Source: Anaeramoeba ignava BMAN (taxonomy: Eukaryota > Protista > Anaeramoebae). Taken from it: DNA of 64,000 nt. Below are positions 25,612-39,400 of the stretch, piece by piece. The notes under the pieces were generated by a model. It worked only from the letters and a program-made list of their open reading frames with translations. It was not told where the DNA came from and made no database searches. Location of the stretch: NCBI GenBank assembly GCA_028826165.1, contig JAPDFW010000081.1, positions 1,116,001 through 1,180,000 of the forward strand, given 5' to 3'. How positions within the stretch are numbered: position 1 is the first letter of the stretch; each line of letters begins with the position of its first letter. Both the position numbers and the translations under genes were made by a program.

Positions 25612-25887
25612 CTTGCATTTTCCTTTTTAATTTTCTTTTTAATTTTCCATTTTAATTTTCCATTTTAATTTTCTTTTTTTTTTCTTCTCATCATTAATTC
25701 ATTAATTCATTAATTCATTAATTCATTAATTGATTGGTGTTGTTTTTCTTTTTGGATTCTAAAAAAAAAATTAAAAGCAATAAAAAGATATTTTTCTTTT
25801 TTTTCTTTTTTAAATAAAAATCGGATAAAAAAAAATTAATAAAAAAAATTGATAAAATTCAAATCATTTTCCAAATCATTTTCCAAA

Positions 25888-28110
25888 TTATTTCTTATGA
25901 AAAGTTGGTGGAAGTGTTTTTCTTCTTCCTCTTCTTTCTTCAATAATTTTTTTCTTTTTTGCTTTTAAATAATCAATAAAATCCTCATATTCTTTTTCAG
26001 GAACTTTTTCCAAAATCAAAAATTCATCAACTTGATTCATTTCTGAGATTAACATTGAATTTCTTGTTGATTTTTCTTTTCCTTTTCCTTTTTTATTTTT
26101 CTTTTTATTTTTATCTTTAAGTAAATCGGAACTTGATTTTGAAACATTTTTTAATTTAGATGGGAATTTTGGGTTAATTTTTGGTTTTTCATTTAAATTT
26201 GGATCATCTGTAGAATTTGGTAAAATGAATTCAGAATTTGTTAATTTCATTGAGTTAATTTTGGATTTTGGATTTAATTTTGGATTTTGATTTGTGTTTA
26301 ATTCTTGATTTGTTATTTTAGTTTCCGTTGTTTTGGAATGAGATTTAGAATGATTTTTAGAATGATTTTTAGAATGATTTTTAGAATGATTTTTAGAATG
26401 ATTTTTAGAATGATTTTTAGAATGAGATTTAGAATGATTTTTAGAATGAGATTTTTGTTTTTTAATTTCATTTTCATTTTGTTTTTCATTTTGATTTTCA
26501 TTTTGTTTTTCATTTTGATTTTGATTTTGATTTTGATTTTGATTTTGATTTTGTTTTTCAATCTCATTTTGTTTTTGTTTTTCATTTTCATTTTCATTTT
26601 CATTTTCATTTTCATTTTGTTTTTGTTTTTGATTTTCATTTTGATTTTGGTTTTGATTTTCATTTTCATTTTGATTTTGATTTTCATTTTGTTTTTGATT
26701 TTGATTTTGATTTTGTTTTTGTTTTTCAATCTCATTTTCATTTTCAATCTCATTTTCATTTTGTTTTTGTTTTTCTTTTTCATTTTCTTTTTCATTTTCA
26801 TTTTGATTTTCAATCTCATTTTCATTTTGATTTTGATTTTCATTTTCATTTTGATTTTCATTTTGTTTTTGTTTTTGTTTTTCATTTTCATTTTCATTTT
26901 CAATCTCATTTTCATTTTGTTTCTCATTTTCGTTTTCATTTTGATTTTCATTTTGATTTTCATTTTCATTTTCATTTTTTTTTTCATTTTGTTTTTTTTT
27001 CGATGAGCGAAGTTTCTTTTTTGTAGATTCAAATATTTTTAAATTTCGATATAAAGATTCTTGAATATTTTGAAAATCATCAGAAAGTTTTTGTTTATCA
27101 TCAATTGATAATTCAAAATCCAATAAAGATTTATTATATTGAATTACATTAGCGAAATGAGATAATAAATCATTTGAGATTTTATTTCCAAGTAAAGAAA
27201 GTCTTTGGAGTTTACTTTCCATCAACAAAGCTCGACAAAGAATAATTAATCCAGATGATGAAAGATTGCAATAATTAAGTTCTAATTCTTTAAGTTTTGA
27301 ATTAGAAAACACAATAGTTTCAACTAAATCTTCAATTTGATCTGAAAAAATCGATTGTTGATTAACTACAATGGATCTAATTTGAGTATTTGATTTCAAT
27401 TTTTCAAAAAATGTCTTCAAGCTTATTTCATCAATAGGTGATGTTGAAAGTCGTATTTTATATATTCTAAAACATTTTTCTGAAATAACTTCACTTAATA
27501 TTTTCATGTCAACTTCAGTAAGTGTTAATTCATTAAAATCAAAAAAGTGATTTTTATTTTTCAAAATGGAAATGATTTCAGGATTTAATTTTTTTTCATT
27601 TAATCCAAATTTTTTGATAATCTCATCTAATTTTTTTGTTCTTTTTTGTAAAGTTCTGTTTGAAACATTATCATTATTTGAATTGTTTTGATTTTTTTTA
27701 TTTTCATTTGTTTTATTTTGATTTGTTTTATTTTCATTTGTTTTATTTTGATTTTTTTTATTTTGATTTGTGTTTTGATTTGTTTTATTTTGATTTGTAT
27801 TTTGATTTGATTTGTTTTGATTTTTTTTATTTTCATTTGTTTTATTTTGATTTGTTTTATTTTGATTTGATTTGTTTTCATTTGTTTTGTTTTGATTTTT
27901 ATTTTGATTTGTTTTATTTTGATTTGTATTTTGATTTGTGTTTTGATTTGTTTTATTTTGATTTGATTTGTTTTCATTTGTTTTATTTTGATAACTTTTT
28001 TTTGCTTCTTTTTTTAATTTCTCTTCTTGATCTTTGAAAGTTAATTTTTGATTTTTTTTGGGTTTTTTCTCATTATTTTGTTTTAATTTTTGTTTTGAAT
28101 CATTTTCCAT
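25888..28110 (-). CDS. RNI-like leucine-rich repeat protein flanked by low-complexity N/Q/E/K tracts
   Basis: 740 aa ORF. Central LRRs (LKELELNYCNLSSSGLIILCRAL, LQRLSLLGNKISND). NQNKT, EN/QN and SKNH tandem repeats on either side. Confidence 0.75.
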   Translation of the reverse strand: MENDSKQKLKQNNEKKPKKNQKLTFKDQEEKLKKEAKKSYQNKTNENKSNQNKTNQNTNQNTNQNKTNQNKNQNKTNENKSNQNKTNQNKTNENKKNQNKSNQNTNQNKTNQNTNQNKKNQNKTNENKTNQNKTNENKKNQNNSNNDNVSNRTLQKRTKKLDEIIKKFGLNEKKLNPEIISILKNKNHFFDFNELTLTEVDMKILSEVISEKCFRIYKIRLSTSPIDEISLKTFFEKLKSNTQIRSIVVNQQSIFSDQIEDLVETIVFSNSKLKELELNYCNLSSSGLIILCRALLMESKLQRLSLLGNKISNDLLSHFANVIQYNKSLLDFELSIDDKQKLSDDFQNIQESLYRNLKIFESTKKKLRSSKKKQNEKKNENENENQNENQNENENEKQNENEIENENENEKQKQKQNENQNENENQNQNENEIENQNENEKENEKEKQKQNENEIENENEIEKQKQNQNQNQKQNENQNQNENENQNQNQNENQKQKQNENENENENENEKQKQNEIEKQNQNQNQNQNQNQNEKQNENQNEKQNENEIKKQKSHSKNHSKSHSKNHSKNHSKNHSKNHSKNHSKNHSKSHSKTTETKITNQELNTNQNPKLNPKSKINSMKLTNSEFILPNSTDDPNLNEKPKINPKFPSKLKNVSKSSSDLLKDKNKKKNKKGKGKEKSTRNSMLISEMNQVDEFLILEKVPEKEYEDFIDYLKAKKKKIIEERRGRRKTLPPTFHKK

Positions 28111-28216
28111 ATTTTTTTTTAAAATAAACTAAAATTTTTTCAATAAAAAAAAAAATAAAGAATAAAAAAAGAAAAAAATGAAAAAGAAAAAAATGAAAAA
28201 AAAAAACAAATTTTTT

Positions 28217-29457
28217 TTAATTTTGTTTATAAATTTCATTTAATATTGTTTGAATAATTGGATTTTCTTTTTGATTATCAATACAAAATTTTTCAATTTT
28301 TTTTAATTTTTCAAAATAAAAATTCCTTTCTTTTTCAATTCCTTCTGCCATTTTTTTTGTTTGAAAAAGAATTGAATTAAGTTTTTTGTTATTTTTTTGA
28401 AGATTTGCTAAATAAAAAAAATTAAAAAAAAAAAGATTAGAACAAAAATATTTTTTTTACTTTTTGGGAAATTTAAATTTTCTTACTTTTTTCTTCAATC
28501 AATTTTTTGAAATCATTTTGATTTTTATTTTTATTTTTATTTTTATTTTGATTTTGATTTTGATTTTGATTTTGATTTTGATTTTGATTTTGATTTTGAT
28601 TTTGATTTTGATTTTTATTTTTATTTTGATTTTGATTTTGATTTTGATTTTGATTTTGATTTTGATTTTGATTTTGAATTTGATTTTGATTTTGATTTTG
28701 ATTTTTATTTTGATATTCATTTTGATTTTGAATTTGATTTTGATTTTGATTTTTATTTTGATTTTGATTTTGATTTTGATTTTGATTTTGATTTTGATTT
28801 TGATTTTTATTTTGATTTTGATTTTTATTTAATTCAAACCATCTTTTCATCCATTGTAAAAATTCAAGATTATCTTGATATTTTCCTTTAATTAATTTAT
28901 TAATTTCAATTTCCTTTTTATATTTAAATAAAAATAAAAATAAAAATAAAAATAAATTTATTTATTAATAATTTAAAATACTTTATCTATTCCAATTTTT
29001 TGAAAAGCTCCTTGTAATACTTTCCAATTTTGAATAAATTCCCATTCCAATTTTGCATCAAATTTAACAAGATCTAATCTAACTTTTCCAGGATAACAAA
29101 AATCAACAACTCTACAATAAGCAGCTCCTAAAAAAAAAAAGAGAACAGAAGAAAAAAATTTATTTTTATTTTTTTAATTAAATTTGTTCCACTTTTTTAT
29201 TTTTATTTTTTTATTTAAATTTGTTCCACTTTTTTATTTATTTTTATTTTTTTACCTGAACAACATTCTTCAACTTTTTTATAATTTAATGATAATAATG
29301 AATTAATCCAATTAATTAATTCTTTTCTTCCAACAAAAAATGCTTTATCCATCATTCCTTTAAGAGTGAAAAAAAAACAAAGAAATAATTAAAACAATCA
29401 TTTCCAAAAACAAACAAAAAAAAAAGAACAAAATTTACCAATTAAATTTTTTGACAT
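28217..29457 (-). CDS. MAPRE: EB1 / RP-EB microtubule plus-end-binding protein, 5 exons
   Basis: Exons 29457-29439, 29357-29256, 29127-28982, 28913-28487, 28407-28217. CH domain (FVGRKELINWIN, KVEECCSGAAYC, NWKVLQGAF, KGKYQDNLEFLQWMK) and EBH motif (EKERNFYFEKLKKIE). QN-repeat linker. Confidence 0.9.
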
Positions 29458-29569
29458 TTTTAAAAAACAAAACAAAAATGGAAAATTAAAAAATGAAAAT
29501 TTAAATTCTTTTTATCTAAAAATCAATGTCAAATCTAAATCTAAAAATGAAATTGAAACTAAATCTAAA

Positions 29570-30035
29570 AATTAAAATTGAAAATTAAAATTGAAATTGA
29601 AATTGAAATTGAATTTGAAATTGAATTTGAAATTGGATTAAAAATTGAAATTAAAATTGAAATTGAAATTGAAAATTAAAATTGAATTTGAAATTGAAAT
29701 TGAAATTGAAAATGAAATTGAATTTGAAATTGAATTTGAAATTGAAAATGAAATTGAATTTGAAATTGAATTTGAAATTGAATTTGAAATTGAATTTGAA
29801 ATTGAATTTGAAATTGAATTTGAAATTGAATTTGAAATTGAATTTGAAATTGAATTTGAAATTGAATTTGAAATTGAAATTGAAATTGAATTTGAAATTG
29901 AAATTGAAATTGAATTTGAAATTGAATTTGAAATTGAATTTGAAATTGAATTTGAAATTGAATTTGAAATTGAAAATGAAATTGAATTTGAAATTGAATT
30001 TGAAATTGAATTTGAAATTGGATTAAAAATTGAAA
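29570..30035. repeat. Intergenic 12-bp satellite (TTTGAAATTGAA)
   Basis: Perfect tandem array between the XPO5 stop and the EB1 promoter. Source of the FEIE/LNLK pseudo-ORFs. Confidence 0.9.
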
Positions 30036-30042
30036 TTATAAT

Positions 30043-33000
30043 CTAAAATCCTTGAAAAAGTGTCTTTGCATAATCTAAAGAATGCAAAAATAATTCTTCT
30101 TGTTCTTTTCTTTTTTCTTCTTTTTTTCTTTTTGCAATTAATTCTTTTGTTTTTTCATGAAGAAAAGAATGTTCAGGAAGATCTAAAATTCTTGGATTTT
30201 GTTGATTTGCTGTTAAATTTAAACCAACAAATGTTTCCAAAAATTCAAATAAAACTTTTTTGGCAATTTTTTCTGATGAACTTTGTTTAAGTAAATTTTC
30301 TAACTCATTAATATTTTCAGTTGTCAAATTTGACAGCTTCTTAATTTGTTGAAAAATTTCAAATTGTGAATTTTGTTCTGTAAAATTGAAAATAATTTCA
30401 AAAAGAAGAGAATTTAAACTACGAAATAAATTTCCATCAAATCTTAATTGAAATGAATTAAAAATAACTGAAATCAAAGTTTCAAAAACAAAGTTATAAA
30501 GAGAGTTAATTTGATCTAAATGAAAAAAATATCAAATAAAGAATATAAAATAAGAACATAAAATAAAAAATTTTTTTTTTGATGAATAAATACATATTGA
30601 AATTGATTTAACTACTAAAGATGATATAGATATTGCTCTTCGAAGAGAATTTGGTTCTGGAATATCATAAAATATTACCAAAGAACTTAAAAAAGAATCT
30701 ATAATTCTTGAATCAACCAAAATTAATTTTAAAATATTCAAATTTTCTTGAGAAACAGAATCCAAATTAGAATCAATTTTCTCATCTTGAGAATTCTGGT
30801 TCTGGTTATTTTTCAAATTGAGATTTGTCCGAATTAATGATTTCAAAAGATGAGAAAATGATCTTGTCAAAATGATAACTTTTGATTCAAATCCAATTTC
30901 ATCTTTAGCTTCTCCAGTAAGTTGGTTGTCTCTAATTTGAGAAACAGTAAGCCAATCCAAAGTAATTTTCTTTGAAATGATATTCAAAGCCTCAGGGATA
31001 ATTGGGAAAACACATTTTTCTATGAGGCATTCTGGGCAATTAATCGCTAATGGCTTGAGAATATTCTTGATAACTTGATTCAAATTTTCTTCATTCAAGT
31101 TTTCAATATTCACAAGAAAATTTGAAAATAAATCTTGTAAATTTTCAAGTAAGAAAATTTCATCGTTATCTTCAAAGCAAACATGAACAAAATTATATAT
31201 CATATTTCGAGTAAGAGAAATCCATTTCTGAAGAGCTTTTGTGATGAATTGAAATTTTTGATTAATTTCCAATTTTTCAGGAATGGATTTATTATCGAAA
31301 AGAAAATTTTCAATTTCATTTTCAATTTCAATTTCATCTTCATTTTCATTTTCATTTTCATTAATTGGATCAACAATATCATGATATTGAGGAAGTAAGT
31401 GCATTTGCTTCACATGCGGATCAGAAAGCAAGTGGAATTGCTTGATTAAATTTGAAATATTTGGAAGAATTCTCATTGCGATTCTTGTTGTTGGTTTTCT
31501 TTTTTCAAATGTGGTATTATTAAAAACAAATTGGGATATTTTTGGATCTGAAGACAAATGAACAGAACGAAAAATTGATAAAAATAACCGTAAAATTGAG
31601 AATATTTTGTTTCGATTTTGGAAATATTGTTTTCTTTCTTCCTCATTTGGAATTTTATCACAATCTGCGCCAATGAACTGAAGAAATGATTTTGTATCAT
31701 TCAAAATGAAAGTTAAATTTTCATCTTCAAATTCTTGCAATTCTGATTCGATTATAGAAGTTATAAAAGATTCTTGTTCTTCAAAATTACTTGAATTATT
31801 TGATATCAAAATGAGAAATTGCAACAAGTTACTCTTCTCAATTTCAGTCATAAATCCTTTTTGGATAATTTCCGAAACATTTTCAATTAAGCTTGGTAAA
31901 GAATTCTTTAGATTCAAAACAAAAAATAAATTAGTAAGCAATAAATCAATAATAAATTTTCTTTATTGTTCAAAATGAATTTACAATTAAATCTTTTCCA
32001 TTGATTTGACTAATATGATAAATAGATGAATAAATCGCTCTTCTAAGAGGAAACTTATTAGTTCCTTGAATTGATTCAATTGTGAGATAAGATAAATACT
32101 AAATGATTTTAAAAAAAATGATTTCAAAAAAATGATTTCCAAAAAAAAAAAGAAAAGAATTTAAAAAAAGAAATACTCTTTTTAAAAGAAGAGAAGAATC
32201 TTGTGAATTTTTTTGGAGATAAATTAAAGAATAATCCATCATATTAAAAACATGAACCAAAACATTTTCATTCTAAATAAAAATAATATAAATATAAATA
32301 TAATAAATAAATAGATAAATGATCATTTCAATTTAATCCAAAATTAATACTTGTATTTCTAATTCAAGTAAAATACGAAGAATTGAGCCAATAATTTCAT
32401 AAGTTTTGGAATCAATTTCTTTTCTTTTTTTAATTCCAGTTAAAATCCCTCGAGAAACATAAGATATTGATTGAAGTTTAAGAAGATTTTCATCAGAAAT
32501 TTCTTTTTCATTTAAAAAAGAAGGAAATTTTTCCACTTCTGAAAAAATAAAATTTGTAGAACTAATTGGTAATATTCTTCCAAATGATCTGCATAACTCG
32601 AGAATATAAAACCGAAAAGTATGACAAAATTCTTTGAATTGGCTTTCAATTTGGAAATCCATAATCGAAAAAATTGTTGATTCATTTTCATTGTTTGAAG
32701 ACATAATCATTAATTTGGAAAAAATTTCATTAAGAATTTGAGGGATATTTTTATCAAAAATTTTTGAAATTATTGGATTCCATTTTTTAATTAAGTGTAA
32801 CCAAAAAGAAATTATAAATGAATTTATCATTAAACTTGGATGGGATGAAATTTGCAACAAAAGATCTATAAAACTAAAATTTTGGAATTAATTGATTTTG
32901 ATTTTGATTTTGATTTCAATTTCAATTTCAAATTACTTCTCAAAAAATTGATTTTGTGACTTTTCTAAAAAAATAAAACTATAATTTTGTCCAAAAAGTG

Positions 33001-34077
33001 ATAAAAATTGAGTAATTTTTTTATGGAATATATAATCATCCTCTATATCATTTTGTTGAAAAATATCTGTAGCAAAATTTATGAAATGAGTAATTAAGCT
33101 AATGATTTGATTTTGATCTACTTTATTATTTTGTGGTTTTTTTGAAATAAAAACTAATAAAACAGAAGCAGCAAGCTAAATGAATTTTATAAATGAATTT
33201 CATAAATGAATTTCATAAATGAATTTTATAAATGAATTTTATAAATGAATTTGAATTTTAATACCCTTCTAAATTCTTTTTCTACTAATAATGTTTGTAA
33301 CGCTAAAAGAAGATTATTTTCAAATATCAAATTATGTGGAATCCATTCAAAAAGTGAAGCTAAAGTTATTAATGATTCAACAATAATTTTTGAAGAAATT
33401 TGTAAATTATTTGCTAAAGAATCATTTCCATCATTTTTATTATTAATATCTCCAGAAACACATTCTAAATAATTTTGATAATGCAAATCCAAACTATTCA
33501 TTGTAAATTTCAATAGAGTATCAACTTCATCAACAAGAGATTTTTTTAATTTTTTTCTTCTAGTTGAGCTAAGATCCTTTATTTCAACATAAACAAAAAC
33601 TTCATCAGAAAGTGAACGAATAAACATTAAACATAATTCTTGTTTGACAAAATCACGAGAACCTAAATCGACTAATTCTTTGATTAAATCTGGCCATTTT
33701 TGAGGCCATTCTCTTTTGACAATTTCAATTACTAAAACAATCACTTTTTGTTTAATTATTTGTTTTTCTTCAAAATTATCCAAATTAATAAAAATGTTCA
33801 AAATTCGATTTTTCAAATCACTTTGCAATTCTTCAGATTGATTCCAGAAATTTCGAATCAAATGCTCCATACAATGAAATGCAAAATGACGAACTTGTAT
33901 TGGCGCTTCTGTATCAATTGATAATTCATTAATTAGTGGTAAATTTTCAATGTTATTTTTAAATTGAAAACAAAATTCTTCTGCTTTTTCTCGTGTTTGT
34001 TGAATCGTTTGTGGATTATGAATAATTTGAATAGCTTCAACTAATTTTTCTATTTCTTTTTGATTTTGAGAATTCAT
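30043..34077 (-). CDS. XPO5: Exportin-5 / Msn5 / HASTY-like karyopherin, about 1189 aa, 7 exons
   Basis: Exons 34077-33265, 33175-32937, 32873-32351, 32272-32177, 32098-31985, 31905-30594, 30515-30043. Importin-N region (VRHFAFHCMEHLIRNFW) and EIVKREWPQKWPDL signature. HEAT-like helical body. Confidence 0.8.
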
Positions 34078-34153
34078 TTTTAACAAAATGAAAAAAATGA
34101 AAAAAATGAAAAAAATGAAAAAAATGATTTAAATTTAAATTTTAATTTTATTT

Positions 34154-35854
34154 TTAATTTTGAAATTTTTTAAATAATAAATCAAATAAATTTGGATTTG
34201 TTTGATTTAATTGAAAATAATCAATTCCAGTTTCTAATTCTTCAATTATTTCTTGTGTAATTTGAATTTCATCTTTAATTTGATTTGAATAAATCCAATA
34301 TTCAAATATTTGAAATGATTTATTACTTAATTCACTATAATCTGTAACTTTATTAGAAGTATCATTTGTTACAGATAAAAACATTCCTCGATATAATTCA
34401 CTTCTCATTATTAATATTAATTTTGGAAATTTATATTGTTTTTCTTTTCTTTCAATAATAAAATCTTTTTCATTTTCATTTTCATTTTCATTTAAATAAA
34501 TTCTTTTAATTGTTTCTTCAATTTTTTCATTTGAATTTATAATTTCTTTAATTTCATAATATAATAATGGATTTATTATTCTGTTTGAATAAATCATTTC
34601 AAATATTTGATTTGATTCTTTAATTGATTTTTTTGAAATAATTTCTTTAAGTTTTTCAATTTCATTTTGATTTTGATTTAATCTATATTTCAATATTAAT
34701 TTATGAGCTTTGATTATTTCTCCATTTTTGGTTTTAAATGAAATATCACAAAATTCTTTTCTTCTAAATAATTTTATCAAATCTTCTTCAATATTGGAAA
34801 AAGGAGTAGAATAATAAATAAATGATCTATTAATGCCACAATAAATATGATAATTGGAAATATCAAATAATAATTTAGGAAGTTCAATTTGAATTGGAAT
34901 TCTTTGAAAAAATGCATTTCCAATTCCTAATTGACCAAAATAATTATATCCAAATACTATTAATTTACTTTTTGAAGTTAAAATCAAAGTATGAGTATAT
35001 CCAACAGAAAAATCAAGAATATTATCATCATTTTCAAATAAAGGTAATTGAACTTCAGTAAATTCACTTTTATCATTTGTTTCACCAAGCCCATTGTATC
35101 GATAATTCCCACATGAATAAAGTTTTCTTTTTGTTTTAAATTCAATCAACATTATTGAATGCCGAATTCCAGATTTAATATCAATTATTTTGCCTTTTGG
35201 AATATTTTGGATTTTGGTTAATTTATTGATTTTTGTTTCTTTTCTTGATTCTCCTAATCCAAGTTGACCAAATTGATTATATCCGCATCCAAATAATTCT
35301 TGATTTGAATTTAAAAGAAAAACATGATTTGAAGAATTTCCTGAAAATATTTTAGAAACATTTTTCATCATTAAAATTGGTTTTTCTGTTTTTTTAAGTT
35401 TTTCAGAATCAAAACCAAGTTGACCAAAATCATTTGAACCAATTCCATAAGCATTTTGATTTGAAGTTAATAAGTAAATTGAATTGTATCCAGAAACAAT
35501 ATCTTGAATTATTCTATCATTTTTATCTTCAATTAATGATGAAATATTGATAAATTGATTTGGATTTTTTGGATTTATATCTCTTCCTTTGGCAAATACA
35601 TTTCCTTCTATTGTTAAAATAGTTTCGTTTGCCCAACCAACAGATACTTTTTGAATATTTTCAATTTGTATTTTTTGAGGATTTTGGTTTAAATATGTTT
35701 CATTTAAATATTCTATTGCTTTTCCATTTTTAAAAAGGAAAATTGTTGAAAAATAACTTGTTGAAATTTGTTTAATTTGTTTTTCATTTTCATTTTCATT
35801 TTCATTTTCATTTTCATTTTCATTTTCATTTTCATTTTTAAAAATGAATTGAAT
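34154..35854 (-). pseudogene. RCC1-BTB-BTB copy 4, 5'-truncated (no cognate start codon)
   Basis: Frame is open and homologous from 35854 (IQFIFKNENE) to the stop at 34154. An in-frame TAA lies at 35857-35855 and the MNEILFFG N-terminus is missing. First ATG is at 35371. Confidence 0.65.
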
Positions 35855-36491
35855 TTAAGTATCTTTTTTTTTTAAAAGGAAAAAAGCAAATTTATTCCCG
35901 ATCATGTACTGACTCAGAATTGTTTTATTGAAATTTTTTTATTTTTATACCCCTAAAAAAAAAAAAGCAAAAAATTAAAAAGATATTTTAAGACAATTTA
36001 AATAATTATTCAAAAACAATTTCTTCTTTTTTTTTTTATTATAAATTAAATTAAATTGCGATCATAAAAGAAAATAAGAAAAAAAAACTTAAGTTATTTT
36101 TCACTTAATGAAAAAAGCAAAAAGTAAAATTCGTTTCTTTTGTTTTGATTTGAAGTTAATAAATGAAATTTAATTTTAAATTTGTTAAGTGCGAAAATGA
36201 ATTTTTTAATTAATTTTAAGGGGATTAAATAACTTGAGGAAAGAAAGAATTTATTAAAACAAACAAAAATGATTTAAAAAGAAACAAAAATTTTTTTTTT
36301 TTTGAAATTTGATCATTTAAAAAAAAAAAACAAATAAGAAAATTTACATTTTTTCATTTTGAAAATTCAATTCTAAATTGATTTTTTTTTTCTTTCAAAG
36401 TAAGAAAACAAGAGTTCTTTGTTGTTTTGAATTCTTCTCAATTAAATTAATATTGTTTTTTTTTCTATTTTATTCAACTCACAAAAAAGAG

Positions 36492-39400
36492 ATGATGAAC
36501 AAAAAAACAATCATTTTGCTTTTTTTTTTGATTCAAATAATCCAGAGTTACAAAATCAAATTTGAATCATCAGGTGACGAAACTTATGTTTGGAAAGAGG
36601 TATTCAATCAATTCCCAAGTTCTACTGGTAATACATATGGAAGGGGGAAAGCAATCAATCAAGATATGGCTGCAGTAGGAGATGATTACAAAGTCATAGT
36701 GTATATTTTCAAATATGATGGAACAAATTGGCAATATATACAAAATATCACTGGAGAGGCAGATTCACGATTCGGACTCAATGTCGACTTTTCAGCAGAT
36801 TCAAGTCTTTTGGCAATTAGCGCACATAGCAATAGTAAATTTTTCATTTACAGCTGGACAGGTAGTGAATATGTTCAGAGGGATGTAATAACAGGAGATT
36901 ACGGTTCCTATTTGGGGCTAAGCCTTTCTTTAACAGGAGATGGAAACAGAATTGCTGTTGGAACGATGTTTTATGGAGTTGGTATTTTCGAATATGCATC
37001 TGGAAATTGGACTTCAACAAAAGTTCTAACCGAAACTGGTTCTAGTTCTTATGGTTATGTTGTTGCAATTTCAAAAAATGGAGAAATTCTTCTTGTTGGA
37101 GATCAATCCGAAAATACTACTTATGTTTATTCATATGATAGTGGACAATGGAATAATATTCAAAATCTAACAAGAGAGAATAAATTTGGTTATTCTCTTT
37201 CAATTTGTGATGATGGAAGTGTTTTTGTTGTTGGAACATACTACTCTAATGCAGCCTTTATTTACAGAAAAAATGGAGCAACTTATGATCTAGATAAGTC
37301 ACTTTCTGGCACAATCAGTACGTCATTTGGGATGGTTATCGCAATCAACGAAGATGGAAATGAAGTCCTTGTTGGGAATTCTGACACGTCGAGTGTCTAT
37401 GTTTATATCTATCAATCAGGTGATTGGGTTGAACAGCCTGTGATGAAGCCTTCTTCTTATTCTTATAGTTTTGGTTCTACAGTTGAAATATCAGGAAACT
37501 GGTCTATTGTAACCAAATCTAATTCACCTCGTGGCGTTTACATCTTGGAACAATCTATTCTAACTGGGCCTGGAATTGAATTGGTAAATTGCACTTCTTT
37601 GTATTCCAAATTTAAATGTTATTGGACTCAACCTGAAAATGATGTCTCTCTTCAATTCCAAATTGATTATGGTTACGATTGGACAACCATCCAAAATCCC
37701 AGTTTTGATTCATCAGTAAATGTGTTCTATGAAGAATTTACTTCTCAAAATTATTCTGAAATTTATGGGAATGAAGAATATTCAATTCAAATCAAAGCTT
37801 GTAATTTAACAACATCAGAATGTGGAAATCCAACAACACCAACAACTTTAACAACAATGATTGATGCTGTGGAAGATTTTGAATTAACTGCACTTGTTGA
37901 TACAATCAATGTTTCTTGGACTCCTCCTGATGTTCGAATTATTGGAGGTGTTCCTCATCTTTATCAGTATTTAATTTTAGTCGATGGACCAGATTTTCAT
38001 GTTTATACTCCCAGTAATGATTCAACTTTTTATGAAGCTACAGGTTTAACTTGTGGAGAAATTTACACTGTCTATATGATACCCTGTAGAACATTTATTT
38101 GTGGTGTAGGTGATGCAGGCGAAATGGTCTATGATGAAATTCAAGTTGGATTTGGTCCAGTTTTTGATCTTAAGTGTTCAGTCTCAGATATTTTAGATGT
38201 TCATTGTTCTTGGCTTCCTCCTAATAGTTCTGTTGCTCCTTCTTATTATAATCTTACTTCTCAATCAGGTTCACTTCTTGATTTTCAATCATTTAATGTT
38301 TCTGATTTATCTTTCAATTTCTCAGTTAATCTCCCAAATCAATATTATCAAATTAATGTTTCAGCTTGTGCTTCAAATGGTGGTTGTGGTGTTATTTCTT
38401 CTTTTCAAATTAGAATTGCAGATATTCCTCATCCAAATATTATAAGTTCATATTCTGGAATTGAGTTAATTCAAATTACTTTTTCTCAAGTTTCTCAAGC
38501 AAAAGCTTATTTAGTTACAATAGATGATCATTTATCTTGGATAAATTTTTCTTCATTAATTCCAAATGGAAATGAAATGATTGGAACAATTAATCAATTA
38601 GATGGAAATGTTGAATATGGAGTTGCAGTTAGAGGATGCACTGATTCAAGTTGCCAACCTCAATATCTAGGTGATTCAAGTGCAACAATTTCAATTAAAG
38701 CTCAATTAGGAAACATAACTGGATTAACTTGTAGTTCTTCGATTTGTGGATTTGATTGTGAATGGGATTCATTAGAATTATCAGAAGGATTACAAGCAAT
38801 TTCATTTTGGTTTAATCAAAATTTAACTTGTTTGAATAAATCATCAACAACTTTATCACTTACAGGATTACTTGGAGGTGCAAATTATGATATTTATGTA
38901 TCTGCTTCTGCTGATCCAGATTGTGAATCAAGTAATTATTCAGGTTTAAATGCATCAACTTCAATTACGACTCAAAAAATACCTTCTCCTTCAATTATTC
39001 AATCAAATTCCAAACCTGATGAAATTGAATTGATTTTCACAAATTTAATTCAAGCAAAATCTTATTTAGTTTCTATTGATAACCAGCAAACTTGGATAAG
39101 TTTTTCTTCATTAATTCCAAATGGAGAAGCAATAATTGGATTAATTGATAATATATCTGGAAATGTTGAATATGAAGTTGCTGTTAGAGGATGTAGTGAT
39201 TCAAGTTGTACATTTGAATATTTAGGTGATCCAAGTGAATCAATTCCAGTTAAAGCTCAATTATCAAATATAACTGGATTAAATTGTTCAGCAACAAGTT
39301 GTGGATTTGAATGTACTTGGGATTCAATAGATTCATCAGGAATAGAGGCATTTGCCATTATAATTAATCTTTTATTAACTAATCAACAATTAAAATCTAT

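Noticed and set aside
36378-36491. N-terminal extension of the receptor ORF from a TTG start
   Set aside because: Eukaryotic gene. ATG 36492 gives a clean signal peptide. Other TTG/GTG starts in the track are likewise exon-internal.
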